DNA from: Pseudomonadota bacterium
Lineage (GTDB): Bacteria; Pseudomonadota; Gammaproteobacteria; Burkholderiales; Casimicrobiaceae
Direction of reading: 5' to 3'
DNA: 64,000 bases
Assembly: GCA_018241785.1 (NCBI GenBank)
Contig: JAFEDF010000239.1
Span: 26,144 to 90,143 of the forward strand
The notes under the pieces were generated by a model. The model searched no databases and was not told the DNA's origin. It worked only from the letters and a program-made list of their open reading frames with translations. The position numbers and the translations under genes were made by a program. Below, piece by piece: positions 1-12,869 of this stretch; positions within the stretch are counted from its first letter, which is position 1, and every line of letters starts with the position of its first letter.

Positions 1-2
1 GC

Positions 3-3284
<3,282 letters not shown>

Positions 3285-3297
3285 GCAACGATCGCCG

Positions 3298-4479
3298 GTG
3301 CTGAGCGCCGCGGCGAGCCGCTACGCGGCGTTCTTCCGCCTTCCTGACGTCACGCGGCTGATGGTGACGGTGCTGATCGCACGCATGCCGATCGGCACCG
3401 TCAACCTCGCGATGCTTCTGCACGTGCACGCCATCACCGGCTCGTTCGCGAGCGCCGGGGCCGCGGTGGGGACCTGCCTCGGGGCGTCGGCGGTCACGGC
3501 TCCCTTCATGGGGCGCTGGGTCGATCGGCGCGGCGCGCGCGCAGTGCTCGCCGTGACCGGAATCGTGTATCCGGCGGCGCTCGCACTGATCTGGGCCGCG
3601 CACCCGCTCATGCTCTCGACCGCGGCGATCCTCGCCTGTGCGGCCGGCGCCGGCGCCTTCACGCCGCCGATCGCCGTCCTCACGCGTACGATGTGGCGGC
3701 ATCGCTTCGCCGACGCCCACCAGCTTCGCACGGCCTATGCGCTCGACTCGGTGCTGATCGAGTTCGTGTTCGTCGCCGGTCCGGCACTCGTCGCCGTGCT
3801 GCTCGCAGTCGGCTCGCCGGCGGTCGCGTTCGGCGCCGCGTTCGTGTTCGGCACCCTCGCCGTGCCGGCGTTCGCGACGTCGCCGGCTCCGCGCTACCTG
3901 CAGCGCGGGCCGCACGCCACCCGCCGGCTGCTGGGCCCGCTCGCCGACGCGAAGCTCGTCGGCGTCTACGCGGCGATCGTGCTGCTCGCGGCGGCACTCG
4001 GCCTCATCGAGGTCGGCTATCCGGGCTTTGCGACCTTCGCCGGCCGGCCCGCGCTCGCGGGAATCCTGCTCGCGCTCAACGCAGCAGGCAGTGCCGCAGG
4101 CGGCCTCGTCTACGGCGGCCTGCACATCGCGCTGCCCCTCGCTGCCCAGCTGCGCCGGCTGCTCGCGCTCGTCGCCACGGCGCTCGCGCTGCAGGCGCTC
4201 GTGCACGCGCCATTCGTGCTGATGGCGTTCGCCTTCGTCGCCGGCATCGCGATCGCTCCGACGCTCACCGTCACGACGATGCTGATCGCCTCGCGCGCAC
4301 CCGCACGCTACGCGACCGAGGCGTTCACCTGGGCGAGCACGTCGATCGTCGCCGGGCTCGGTGCCGGCAATGCCGCCGGAGGCGTGCTGCTGCAGCACTT
4401 CGGCCCGGCGGCGGTATTCGCCGCCTCTGCGGCAGTCGCCGCGGCAGCCGCCCTTGGTGCGCGCCTGCTGCGCAACTGA
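3298..4479 (+). CDS. MFS transporter
   Basis: 393 aa, about 12 hydrophobic segments, MFS motif A-like GRWVDRRGAR; GTG start 13 nt after the dnaE stop. Confidence 0.85.
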   Translation: MLSAAASRYAAFFRLPDVTRLMVTVLIARMPIGTVNLAMLLHVHAITGSFASAGAAVGTCLGASAVTAPFMGRWVDRRGARAVLAVTGIVYPAALALIWAAHPLMLSTAAILACAAGAGAFTPPIAVLTRTMWRHRFADAHQLRTAYALDSVLIEFVFVAGPALVAVLLAVGSPAVAFGAAFVFGTLAVPAFATSPAPRYLQRGPHATRRLLGPLADAKLVGVYAAIVLLAAALGLIEVGYPGFATFAGRPALAGILLALNAAGSAAGGLVYGGLHIALPLAAQLRRLLALVATALALQALVHAPFVLMAFAFVAGIAIAPTLTVTTMLIASRAPARYATEAFTWASTSIVAGLGAGNAAGGVLLQHFGPAAVFAASAAVAAAAALGARLLRN

Positions 4480-4491
4480 TTCCGCATTCCC

Positions 4492-6006
4492 ATGTCCGAC
4501 CGTCCCTCCCATCCCTCGCAGGCGCGCCGCACGGTCGTCGTCGGCTGCGTGATGCTCGCCATGTTCATGGCTGCGGTTGAAGTGACGATCGTCGCGACCG
4601 CGCTGCCGCAGATCGTCGGGAAGCTCGGCGGCTTCTCGCTCTACACGTGGGTGTTCGCAGGCTTCCTCCTCACGCAGACCGCGACGATTCTCGTCTTCGG
4701 CAAGCTCGCCGACCTCTACGGGCGCCGCCCGGTGCTGATCGCCGGCATCGTCGTGTTCCTTGTCGGCTCGACTTTGTGCGGCTTCGCGTGGTCGATGCCT
4801 GCGCTGATCGCGTTCAGGCTGCTGCAGGGGCTCGGTGCCGGATCGATCCAGCCGGTGGCCGCGACGATCATCGGCGACCTCTATTCACCGCGCGAGCGCC
4901 CGCGCGTGCAGGGCTACCTGTCGAGCGTCTGGGGCTTCGCTGCGATCGTCGGGCCGCTCGCCGGCGGCCTCATCGTCGAGGTGCTCTCGTGGCACTGGAT
5001 CTTCTGGATCAACGTCCCGGTCGGGCTCCTCGCGATCGCCGGCCTCGCGATCTTCCTGCGCGAAGACGTCGCGCACCGGCAGCATGCGATCGACTACCCG
5101 GGAGTTGCGCTCTTCTTCGTCGCGATCACCGCGCTCCTCGTCGCACTGATGGAAGGCGGCGTCGGGTGGGCGTGGGCGTCGCTTCAGACGTTCGTGCTGG
5201 CCATCGTCTTCGCGGCGGGACTCACCCTCTACCTCGGCCGCGAACGGCGCGCGCAGGAGCCGATGATCGACCTCGGCCTGTGGAAGACGCGCCTCATCGC
5301 GAGCGTCAACGCGAGCACGCTTGCCGCCGGCGCCGCGATCATCGGCGTCACCTCGTTCGTGCCGATCTACGTCCAGGGCGTGCTCGGGCGCTCGGCGATC
5401 GTCGCGGGGTTCGCGCTCACCGCGATGTCGGTCGGATGGCCGCTCGCGTCGACGCTCTCCGGCCGCTTCCTGCGCGCGCTCGACGCCAGGCGAACGGTGC
5501 GCGCAGGAGGCGCGCTGCTCTTCGCCGGTGCGCTCGGTCTCGTGCTCGCGCCGGCCGGGGCCGGTGCACTCGCCACCGGAGTGAGCTCGTTCGTCGTCGG
5601 CTTCGGCATGGGGCTGCTCAACACGACTTTCATCATCCTGATCCAGGGGAGTGTTGCGTGGGCGAAGCGCGGCAGCGCGACGGCTTCCAACGTGTTCGCG
5701 CGGATGCTCGGCGGAACCTTCGGCGCCGCCGCACTCGGCGCGGTGCTGAACGGCGCACTCGCCCGCAGCTTCGCCGGTACCGGCGGGACTGCCGACATCG
5801 AGGCGGTCCGCCACATGTTCGACGCGGGCGCCTCGGCCGCCCTTGACCCCGGCGAGCACGCCGCACTCGTCCACGCGCTCGCCGCAGGAATGGCGCAGGT
5901 GTTCGTGGCTCTCGCGATCTTCGCCGCCCTCACGATGGCGGCGACGTGGATGGTCCCGCGGCGCGAGGCCTTCGCCGAGACACCGGTAGAATCGGAAGCG
6001 CGCTGA
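4492..6006 (+). CDS. MDR-type MFS drug:H+ antiporter (DHA2/EmrB-QacA-like)
   Basis: Motif A GKLADLYGRR, motif B FRLLQGLG, motif C GPLAGG, WHWIFWINVPVG; about 14 TM segments. Confidence 0.92.
   Translation: MSDRPSHPSQARRTVVVGCVMLAMFMAAVEVTIVATALPQIVGKLGGFSLYTWVFAGFLLTQTATILVFGKLADLYGRRPVLIAGIVVFLVGSTLCGFAWSMPALIAFRLLQGLGAGSIQPVAATIIGDLYSPRERPRVQGYLSSVWGFAAIVGPLAGGLIVEVLSWHWIFWINVPVGLLAIAGLAIFLREDVAHRQHAIDYPGVALFFVAITALLVALMEGGVGWAWASLQTFVLAIVFAAGLTLYLGRERRAQEPMIDLGLWKTRLIASVNASTLAAGAAIIGVTSFVPIYVQGVLGRSAIVAGFALTAMSVGWPLASTLSGRFLRALDARRTVRAGGALLFAGALGLVLAPAGAGALATGVSSFVVGFGMGLLNTTFIILIQGSVAWAKRGSATASNVFARMLGGTFGAAALGAVLNGALARSFAGTGGTADIEAVRHMFDAGASAALDPGEHAALVHALAAGMAQVFVALAIFAALTMAATWMVPRREAFAETPVESEAR
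5987..5992 (+). promoter_or_regulatory. Candidate sigma70 -10 box (TAGAAT) inside the 3' end of the MDR gene, upstream of the quinone oxidoreductase
   Basis: TAGAAT in a GC-rich context, 24 nt before ATG 6017. Confidence 0.4.
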
Positions 6007-6016
6007 AACGAATCGG

Positions 6017-7030
6017 ATGGAGCCTGCGATGACCGTGCCCGAAACGATGCGTCAGATCGCCGTCACGCGACCAGGGGGCCCCGAGGTGATGCAGATCGCG
6101 GAGGCACCGGTACCGTCGCTGCGCCCCGGCGAAGTACTGATCGAGGTCGAGTGGGCCGGGGTCAACCGTCCCGACTGCCTGCAGCGTGCAGGCAGCTATC
6201 CGCCGCCACCCGATGCGTCACCGGTGCTTGGGCTCGAGGTCGGCGGGCGCGTCGTCGCTCACGGAGAAGGCGTCGCCGAGCCGCGGGTCGGCGCTGCCGT
6301 CTGCGCGCTGGTCCCCGGCGGCGGCTATGCCGAGTACTGCGCGGTGCCTGCCGGCTGGTGCCTGCCCGTTCCCCGCGGCATGACCGCCATGGAGGCGGCG
6401 AGCCTTCCCGAGAACTACTTCACCGTGTGGAACAACGTGTTCGACCGCGTGCGGCTCTCGCGCGGCGAGACGTTCCTCGTCCACGGCGGCACGAGCGGCA
6501 TCGGACTTTCCGCGATCCAGCTCGCGAAGGCGTTCGGCGCGACCGTCATCACCACCGCAGGATCACCCGAGAAGACGGCGTTCTGCCGCAACGTCGGCGC
6601 CGATCATGCGATCGACTACCGGCAGCAGGACTTCCAGGCCGAGGTCAAGCGGATCACCGGCGGGCGCGGCGTCGATGTCGTCCTCGACATCGTCGGCGGC
6701 GACTACATCGAGAAGAACCTGAAGTGCCTGGCGCTCGAAGGCAGGCTCGTGCAGATTGCCTTCCAGAAGGGCAGCCGCGTCGAATGCGACTGGCGCTTCA
6801 TCATGCTGAAGCGCCTCACGGTAACGGGATCGACGCTGCGCGCGAGCCCGGGCGAGCGCAAGGTGGCGCTCGCGCGCGAGCTCGCCGAGCACGTGTGGCC
6901 GCTCCTCGAGCGCGGCGTGGTGAAGACGTTCATCCACGCGACCTTCGCGCTCGCCGACGCGCCGCAGGCGCATGCGCTGATGGAGTCCTCGGCGCACATC
7001 GGCAAGATCATGCTCAACGTACGCGGCTGA
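6017..7030 (+). CDS. NAD(P)H-quinone oxidoreductase, PIG3 family (MDR superfamily); start may be 6029
   Basis: GVNRPDCLQRAGSYPPPP, LGLEVGG, Rossmann motif HGGTSGIG, C-terminal SSAHIGKI. Confidence 0.93.
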   Translation: MEPAMTVPETMRQIAVTRPGGPEVMQIAEAPVPSLRPGEVLIEVEWAGVNRPDCLQRAGSYPPPPDASPVLGLEVGGRVVAHGEGVAEPRVGAAVCALVPGGGYAEYCAVPAGWCLPVPRGMTAMEAASLPENYFTVWNNVFDRVRLSRGETFLVHGGTSGIGLSAIQLAKAFGATVITTAGSPEKTAFCRNVGADHAIDYRQQDFQAEVKRITGGRGVDVVLDIVGGDYIEKNLKCLALEGRLVQIAFQKGSRVECDWRFIMLKRLTVTGSTLRASPGERKVALARELAEHVWPLLERGVVKTFIHATFALADAPQAHALMESSAHIGKIMLNVRG

Positions 7031-7033
7031 GCG

Positions 7034-7052
7034 CGCCCGGCGCCGCCGGGCG
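7034..7052. terminator. GC-rich hairpin between convergent genes (possible terminator, no U-tract)
   Basis: CGCCCGGC-gcc-GCCGGGCG: 8-bp perfect stem with a 3-nt loop. Confidence 0.3.
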
Positions 7053-7081
7053 GCGCATACGGGGCGCAGCCGTTGCGCGCT

Positions 7082-8707
7082 TCAGGTCGCGACCTCCACG
7101 CCGACCTCGGTGGTCGCACCGATCAGCCGCGACACGCGGATCGAAACGTCGCCGCGCTGCAGCTCGGCGACGCGCTTCTGCAGCTCGCTGTCGGCCTTGG
7201 TCATCCGCGAGCGCAGCCGCACGTACTCGGCCCACGATTCGATCACGTAGCGCTCGACGTAGCGGCCCTCCTCTCCGAGATCGCGGAAGACGCGCCAGCT
7301 CGTCGCGCCGTTGCGGCGCCGGGTCGGCCCGACCTTCTGGATGGCCTGCAGGAAGCGCTCGCGCACCGCGGGATCGATCCGGTACTCGATCTGGATCAGC
7401 ACCGGTCCGTCGTCGGGCCGCGGCATGCTGCCGAGCGCAAGGTCGGCGGGGGCTGCCACCGGCTCGGTGTCCGCCTCCTTGCCGAGCCGCACATGCACCC
7501 GCCGATAGGCGATCTGCAGCCCGATCACCGCCGCTGCCGAGACGCCCAGCGCCCAGCGCGTGCCGACCCCCGACGCGACGGCGCCCCACACGGCGCTGCC
7601 CACGGCGAGGCAGCCCTGGGTGGTGACGATGTTCATCGCGAGCGCGCGTGCGCGCACCCACGCGGGGGCGCTCGTCTGCGTGCCGGTGGAGAGACTCGCG
7701 AATACGTAGACCCACGCCGCTCCCGCGCAGCCTGCTCCGATCAGCGCGAGCGGCGTGTCGCTGGCGAGCCCGACCAGCACCATCGCGACCGCCCACAGGC
7801 GCACCGCCTGCGTGACGATGCTGTTCATCGATTGCCGCTGCAGGAGCCCGGCGACCGACAGCGCACCGACGATCGCGCCGATGCCGAAGCTCGCCGAGAG
7901 CAGCCCGAAGCCGGCTGCACCCATGCCGAGCTGGTCGCGCGCGATGACCGGAAGAAGCGCCCAGAATGCGCTCGCGCAGGCGCTGAACACGAGGTTGCGC
8001 AAGAGGAGCGCGCGCATCGGCGCCGAATGCCTGACGTAGCGCAGCCCGATCGTCACGCCCGAGAGCAGCCGCTCGGGCACGCCGGGAAGCGGCGGCTGGC
8101 TGCGCACCGTGCGCAGCATCACGACGAACATCGGTGCGAAGAACACCGACGCGACGATGAGCGCCATGCCCGGATTCATCGCGGCAGCGATCGCCCCGGC
8201 GAGTGCCGGCCCGACCGCGCGTGCGAGGTTGAACGCGACCGACCCCAGCGCGATCGCACGCGTCAGGAGCGTCGTCGAGACGAGCTCGTTGACGCTCGCC
8301 TGCTGGGCAGGCAGGTAGAACGTGAAGCCGCCGCCGACGAGGAAGGTGAGGAGCAGCAGGAACGCCGGCCCGACGATCCCCGTCACCGCCGCAAGGCCGA
8401 GGATGAGCGTGGCGCCGAGGAGCACGACCTGTGTCACGAGGATCAGTCGCCGCCGCTCGACGATGTCTGCGAGCGTTCCGGCGAAGAGGCCGAACAAGAG
8501 CGTCGGCAGCGTCGATGCGCTCTGCACGAGCGCCACCATCAGCGTCGACGTGGTCAGCGTGGCCATCAGCCACGCTGCCATCGTCGCCTGCATCGTGTAG
8601 CCGAGCGCCGACCCGATCGAGCCGAAGTAGAAGTTGCGATAGGCCGCGCCGCCGAGCGGCGACGACGCGAGGCGGCTCCTCACGAACGCGGGCAGGTGTG
8701 CGCGCAC
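7082..8707 (-). CDS. MFS transporter (MFS_3-like) with C-terminal soluble ABM-like domain
   Basis: About 12 TM segments, LADIVERRRL motif, then a soluble tail GPVLIQIEYRID...SWAEYVRLRSRMT. Start revised to GTG 8707, which follows a TACACT box (ORF track gives 8767). Confidence 0.88.
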   Translation of the reverse strand: MRAHLPAFVRSRLASSPLGGAAYRNFYFGSIGSALGYTMQATMAAWLMATLTTSTLMVALVQSASTLPTLLFGLFAGTLADIVERRRLILVTQVVLLGATLILGLAAVTGIVGPAFLLLLTFLVGGGFTFYLPAQQASVNELVSTTLLTRAIALGSVAFNLARAVGPALAGAIAAAMNPGMALIVASVFFAPMFVVMLRTVRSQPPLPGVPERLLSGVTIGLRYVRHSAPMRALLLRNLVFSACASAFWALLPVIARDQLGMGAAGFGLLSASFGIGAIVGALSVAGLLQRQSMNSIVTQAVRLWAVAMVLVGLASDTPLALIGAGCAGAAWVYVFASLSTGTQTSAPAWVRARALAMNIVTTQGCLAVGSAVWGAVASGVGTRWALGVSAAAVIGLQIAYRRVHVRLGKEADTEPVAAPADLALGSMPRPDDGPVLIQIEYRIDPAVRERFLQAIQKVGPTRRRNGATSWRVFRDLGEEGRYVERYVIESWAEYVRLRSRMTKADSELQKRVAELQRGDVSIRVSRLIGATTEVGVEVAT

Positions 8708-8776
8708 GCGCGAAGTGTAGCCTGCGGCGGACGCCAATCCTCGCCGAGGACCGAGTGTGCGCGCCACGGCGGCGCG

Positions 8777-9523
8777 TCAGTACGTCGCGCGTCCGCCCGA
8801 GAGATCGAACACCGCTCCGGTCGAGAACGAGCACTCTTCGGACGCAAGCCAGCAGACGAGCGACGCCACCTCGTCGACGCCTCCGAAGCGTCCCATCGGG
8901 ATCTTCGACAGCATGAAATCGATGTGCTCCTGCGTCATCTGGTCGAAGATCGCGGTGCGCACCGCCGCCGGCGTCACGCAGTTGACACGGATACCGGTTC
9001 TCGCGAGCTCCTTGCCGAGCGACTTGGTGAGACCGATCACCGCCGCCTTCGACGCGCTGTACGCCGAGGCGTTCGGATTGCCTTCCTTGCCCGCCACCGA
9101 TGCGATGTTGACGATGCGTCCGTAGCCGCCTCCACGCATCACCGGCACCACGGCGCGGATGCAGTGGAAGACACCGTGGACGTTCACGTCGAAGACCTGC
9201 CGCCAGGCTTCGATCGGATACTCCCAGGTGACCGCGTTGGGGCCGCTGATGCCCGCCGAGCAGACGAGCACGTCGATGCCGCCGAGGGTGGTCGCGGTCT
9301 CGTGCGCGGCACTCGCGACTGCGTCGTTGTCGGTCACGTCGACGGATACCGCCAGCGCATCGGCGCCGAGCGTCGATCGCACCTCGCCGAGCGCCACTGG
9401 ATCGCGGTCCCACAGCGCGACCCGCGCGCCCCCTGCGGCCAGGCGGCGAGCGACGGCGAGCCCGATCCCGGATGCCCCGCCGGTGACGACCGCACGCCGG
9501 TTGCCGAAATCGAGCCGAGTCAT
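8777..9523 (-). CDS. SDR family NAD(P)-dependent oxidoreductase (FabG-like)
   Basis: TGGASGIG, IVNIAS, YSASK, NCVTPA; start revised to ATG 9523 (MTRLDF). Confidence 0.93.
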   Translation of the reverse strand: MTRLDFGNRRAVVTGGASGIGLAVARRLAAGGARVALWDRDPVALGEVRSTLGADALAVSVDVTDNDAVASAAHETATTLGGIDVLVCSAGISGPNAVTWEYPIEAWRQVFDVNVHGVFHCIRAVVPVMRGGGYGRIVNIASVAGKEGNPNASAYSASKAAVIGLTKSLGKELARTGIRVNCVTPAAVRTAIFDQMTQEHIDFMLSKIPMGRFGGVDEVASLVCWLASEECSFSTGAVFDLSGGRATY

Positions 9524-9575
9524 TTGCGCTCCGTCGGCCGCGGCGCAGGATCGCTCGGCGCTCGCGGCGAAGCGT

Positions 9576-9584
9576 AATCTAACA
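9576..9584 (-). promoter_or_regulatory. Extended -10 (TGT-TAGATT) for the SDR gene; overlaps a plus-strand TAATCT
   Basis: AT-rich patch TAATCTAACA in the divergent intergenic region. Confidence 0.45.
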
Positions 9585-9667
9585 CTGATGCATCGCACCC
9601 CAGGCCGGCCGACCGTACGGCGCGGCAACAGCGGCTTCGGCCGCAATGGCGTACGCCGTGCCGCTGT

Positions 9668-9988
9668 TTGCTGCAGAAGACCTCGCGCTCCCGGCTTCGA
9701 TTGCCGGCGCTGGCGGCCGTCGCCATGGCCGCGGCCGGGTTCGCCACGGCCGGGCCCGCGTCTGCCGCCCCCGCACGCCCCGCGAGCGCAAGCGCCGGAA
9801 GCGGCCTATCGGCCGTCATCGGGCGCTCGGGCGATACGGTTGTCGTGCGCGCCAGGACCGAGGTCACGGTCAATCTCGGCACCGGATGGCGGGTTCTGAC
9901 CGACGACCGCCGCGATCTTCGCTTCGACATGCGCGTGAAGCGCCGACCCGGCGCGATCGCGCAAGGCGGGAATAGACGAGCAGGTTGA
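9668..9988 (+). pseudogene. Short signal-peptide ORF, possibly a truncated SRPBCC/START-like gene remnant
   Basis: Sec-like signal (basic N-terminus, Ala-rich core, ASA-A), then GRSGDTVVVRARTEV..WRVLTD, which resembles the first strand/helix of SRPBCC proteins. The ORF ends soon after and overlaps the DUF2784 gene tail-to-tail by 119 nt. Confidence 0.35.
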
Positions 9989-10304
9989 CCACCAGCACCA
10001 TCGCCGCAAGCGCGTACTGGATGTGACGCGTGAGGCCGGCCGGATAGATCGTCGCGAGGAGGTAATGGGCGACGAACCCGTCGCGGTAGCCGGCGAGCCC
10101 GGCGCGCTCGCGCAGCGCGTTCTCGAGATACGTAAGCGGGCAGGTGGCTCCCGAGAGCTCGATCCAGGTGCCCCAGGCGGCAGCGGGAATGTGCAGCCAG
10201 ACGAGCCGGCGCCACCGCCAGACTGCGAGCGCGCCGAACACGACGAATGCGATGAACGCGAGATGGAGCGTCAGCGTGACGACAGCGGCAACGTGCCAGG
10301 TCAC
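9870..10304 (-). CDS. DUF2784-like membrane protein
   Basis: LHLAFIAFVVFG..WLHIPAAAWG..CPLTYLEN..GF..HYL..IYP. Start revised to GTG 10304 because the ORF-track start lies inside the tRNA. Confidence 0.85.
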   Translation of the reverse strand: MTWHVAAVVTLTLHLAFIAFVVFGALAVWRWRRLVWLHIPAAAWGTWIELSGATCPLTYLENALRERAGLAGYRDGFVAHYLLATIYPAGLTRHIQYALAAMVLVVNLLVYSRLARSRRVGASRACRSEDRGGRRSEPAIRCRD

Positions 10305-10324
10305 AGTGCGGCTCGCGACATCGA

Positions 10325-10400
10325 TGGTGCCGGCAGAGAGACTCGAACTCCCGACCAACGGTTTACAAAACCGCTGCTCTACCAACTGAGCTATGCCGGC
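10325..10400 (-). tRNA. tRNA-Thr (UGU)
   Basis: GCCGGCATAGCTCAGTTGGTAGAGCAGCGGTT-TGT-AAACCGTTGGTCGGGAGTTCGAGTCTCTCTGCCGGCACCA: acceptor stem, D and T loops, encoded CCA. A TACAAT lies 8 nt upstream. Confidence 0.97.
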
Positions 10401-10427
10401 GCACGGTGATTGTAGCGCGCGGCGCCG

Positions 10428-11693
10428 TCAATCCGCAGGCGTGAACGCCTTCGACAGCGCCTTGTACACCGGGTGCGGGCAGATGAGGCGCGAGAGGCCG
10501 TAGGCGAGCAAGGACGTCGCCATCAGCGGCAGCGCCATGTCGGGGTCGCGCGTCATCTCGATCACGATGACGAACGCCGTGATCGGCGCCTGGACGACTC
10601 CCGAGAAGTAGGCGACCATGCCGAGGATCACCACTGCCGCCTGCGGCGCGTGCGGCACGAGCAGCGCAACGTTCTGCCCGACGCCGGCGCCGACCGCAAG
10701 CGACGGCGAGAAGATGCCTCCGGGGATGCCGCTCGCGTAGGACACCGCCGTCGCGACGAGCTTCAGCACCCCGAACGTCTGCGGGATCACGCCGGCGCCG
10801 GCGACGATCGAGCGTGTTTCGACATAGCCGGTGCCATAGATCGTTCCGTGCGATGCGAATCCGATCAGCGCGAGGAGGAGCCCGCAGCACGCCGCGTAGC
10901 GCTGCGGGTGCGCGTACCTGAACGCCCCGATTCGGCCACCGAAGCCCGCGGACGCCGCGACGACGATGCGGCTGAACGTTCCGCCGAGAAGACCGCCGGC
11001 GATGCCGCAGAGAACGACGGCCGCCGAGCCCGAGGTGAAGTCCACCGTCGCCGAGGTGTGGCCGAAGTAGGCGTAGTTGCCGAGGATCACCAGCGAGACG
11101 AGGCCGGCGAAGACGACCGCAGCGACGACGATGCCGCTCGTGCGCTGCGAGAACGACCGGCTCATCTCCTCGATCGCGAACACCACTCCGGCGAGCGGGG
11201 CGTTGAAGGCCGCCGCGACGCCTGCCGCCCCGCCGGCGAGAATCAGCCCGCGGCGCATGCTCTCGTGCGGAAACGCCGACACGCGGGCGAGCGCGTACAT
11301 CATCGCCGCGCCGATCTGCACCGTCGGCCCTTCCCGGCCGATCGATCCGCCGCAGAGGAGCCCGACGAGCGTCATCGCGATCTTCGCGGCGGCGACGCGA
11401 ATCGAAAGCAAGCGTCCGCGAAAGTCCGCATCACGGTGCCGCAAGGCCGCAATCGTCTGCGGAATGCCGCTGCCCTGCGCGCCGGCAAACCAGCGCTGGC
11501 TCGCGTAGCTGATCGCGGCGAAGCCCGCGGGCGCGAGCACGAACGGCAACCACCACCATCGGGCGAGCATCCTGTGCAGGATGTCGTTCGCGAGGTTCGC
11601 GGCAATCGCGAAGCCGACCGCGACGATGCCCACCGCGATGCTGCCGCCGAGGAAGACGACGCGGCGGCTCCATTGCGGACGCGACAGCCACAC
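10428..11693 (-). CDS. ClC family chloride channel / Cl-:H+ antiporter
   Basis: ClC signatures GSGIP, GREGP, AFNAPLAG and GIFSP. Start approximate (GTG 11693, downstream of sspB). Confidence 0.93.
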   Translation of the reverse strand: MWLSRPQWSRRVVFLGGSIAVGIVAVGFAIAANLANDILHRMLARWWWLPFVLAPAGFAAISYASQRWFAGAQGSGIPQTIAALRHRDADFRGRLLSIRVAAAKIAMTLVGLLCGGSIGREGPTVQIGAAMMYALARVSAFPHESMRRGLILAGGAAGVAAAFNAPLAGVVFAIEEMSRSFSQRTSGIVVAAVVFAGLVSLVILGNYAYFGHTSATVDFTSGSAAVVLCGIAGGLLGGTFSRIVVAASAGFGGRIGAFRYAHPQRYAACCGLLLALIGFASHGTIYGTGYVETRSIVAGAGVIPQTFGVLKLVATAVSYASGIPGGIFSPSLAVGAGVGQNVALLVPHAPQAAVVILGMVAYFSGVVQAPITAFVIVIEMTRDPDMALPLMATSLLAYGLSRLICPHPVYKALSKAFTPAD

Positions 11694-11749
11694 GTGCCGC
11701 GACCTGCGCGTGACGCGCAGGAGCGCGTTGCGAATCGAGGGTGTGACGG

Positions 11750-12181
11750 CTATTTGACGACTTGCAGATGCGACGGCCGTCTCGGCCGCGAGGCATCCGC
11801 GAGTTTCGGCGCGCCGATCGCCTGGCTGTCGCGCGGTGCCGTGGATACCGCGAGCGACGCCACCGGATCGTCGGGAGTCGTGAACGAGAAACCGTAGCCG
11901 GTTTCCTTGGCAAAGATGCCGATCACCGCGCCAACCGGCACCGCGACCTCCTGCGATGCACCGTTGAAGCGCGCGGTGAACTGGATCCACTGGTTGTCGA
12001 TCGTCAGCTTGCGCGTCGCCGTCGCACTGACGTTCAGCACGATCTCGCCGTTCTTGACGAACGCCGCCGGCACCCGCGTCTGCGGATTGACGCGGACGGC
12101 GAGATAGGGCGTGAGCCCGTTGTCGGCGCACCATTCACAGATGGCGCGCACGAGGTAGGGCTTCGCTGACTGCTCGGACAT
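11750..12181 (-). CDS. sspB: ClpXP specificity-enhancing factor SspB
   Basis: KPYLVRAICEWCADNGLTPYL, IVLNVS, ARFNG, and the C-terminal ClpX-binding tail HLQVVK. Confidence 0.96.
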   Translation of the reverse strand: MSEQSAKPYLVRAICEWCADNGLTPYLAVRVNPQTRVPAAFVKNGEIVLNVSATATRKLTIDNQWIQFTARFNGASQEVAVPVGAVIGIFAKETGYGFSFTTPDDPVASLAVSTAPRDSQAIGAPKLADASRPRRPSHLQVVK

Positions 12182-12268
12182 GCGGAAAATATTACCCTCG
12201 GCGCGGGAGCGGTCAAGCCGCGGGCTTTACCGCCTGTCCGGCGGCCGTGCACCACATTGCGTAGTACG

Positions 12269-12868
12269 CTACTTGCGCATGCCGCGTTCGGCCGAGGTGA
12301 GCGCCTCGGAGAACGCGGGACGGGAGAACAGCCGCTCGGCGTACTTGAGGAGCGCCGCCGCCTGCTTTGGCATCTGCACCCCGTAATAGTCGAGCCGCCA
12401 GAGCAGCGGCGTGATGGCGACGTCGAGCATCGAGTACTCGTCGCCGAGCATGTACTTGTGCTTCGAGAACACCGGCGCAATTTGCAGCAGCGCGTCGCGC
12501 ACGAGCCCGCGCGCGCGGTCGGCGTGGCGCTGGTTGTTGCCCTCGAGCGCCTCGACGTGGACGAAGAGCTCCTTCTCGAACCGGTGGAGGAAGAGGCGCG
12601 CGCGCGCGCGCATCACCGGGTCGGCGGGCATCAGCTGCGGATGCGGGAAGCGCTCGTCGATGTACTCGTTGATGATGTTGGCCTCGTGCAGGACGAGGTC
12701 GCGCTCGACCAGGACAGGCACCTGGTTGTACGGGTTCATCACGGCGAGGTCCTCGGGCTTGTGGTCGAGGTCGACGTCGATGATCTGGAAGTCCATGCCC
12801 TTCTCGTGCAGCACGATCCGGCAGCGCTGGCTGAACGGATCGGTGGTGCCGGAATACAGGGTCATCAT
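12269..12868 (-). CDS. sspA: Stringent starvation protein A (GST fold)
   Basis: MMTLYSGTTDPFSQRCRIVL, NPYNQVPVLVERDL, YIDERFPHPQLMP. Confidence 0.96.
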   Translation of the reverse strand: MMTLYSGTTDPFSQRCRIVLHEKGMDFQIIDVDLDHKPEDLAVMNPYNQVPVLVERDLVLHEANIINEYIDERFPHPQLMPADPVMRARARLFLHRFEKELFVHVEALEGNNQRHADRARGLVRDALLQIAPVFSKHKYMLGDEYSMLDVAITPLLWRLDYYGVQMPKQAAALLKYAERLFSRPAFSEALTSAERGMRK

Positions 12869-12869
12869 G

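Noticed and set aside
7014-9577. Very long alternative ORFs (7014..9413 -, 7073..9577 +; likewise 33765..36662, 34705..38928, 57937..60699 and many others)
   Set aside because: Arg/Ala/Gly/Pro-rich shadow frames of recognisable genes, as expected at about 70% GC; no motifs or SD.
9870-10385. 171-aa ORF start extending into the tRNA
   Set aside because: The first 27 codons are tRNA sequence read as protein; the real start is likely GTG 10304.
10325-10400. tRNA as attachment site of an integrated element
   Set aside because: No integrase and no duplicated tRNA 3' end seen in the window.
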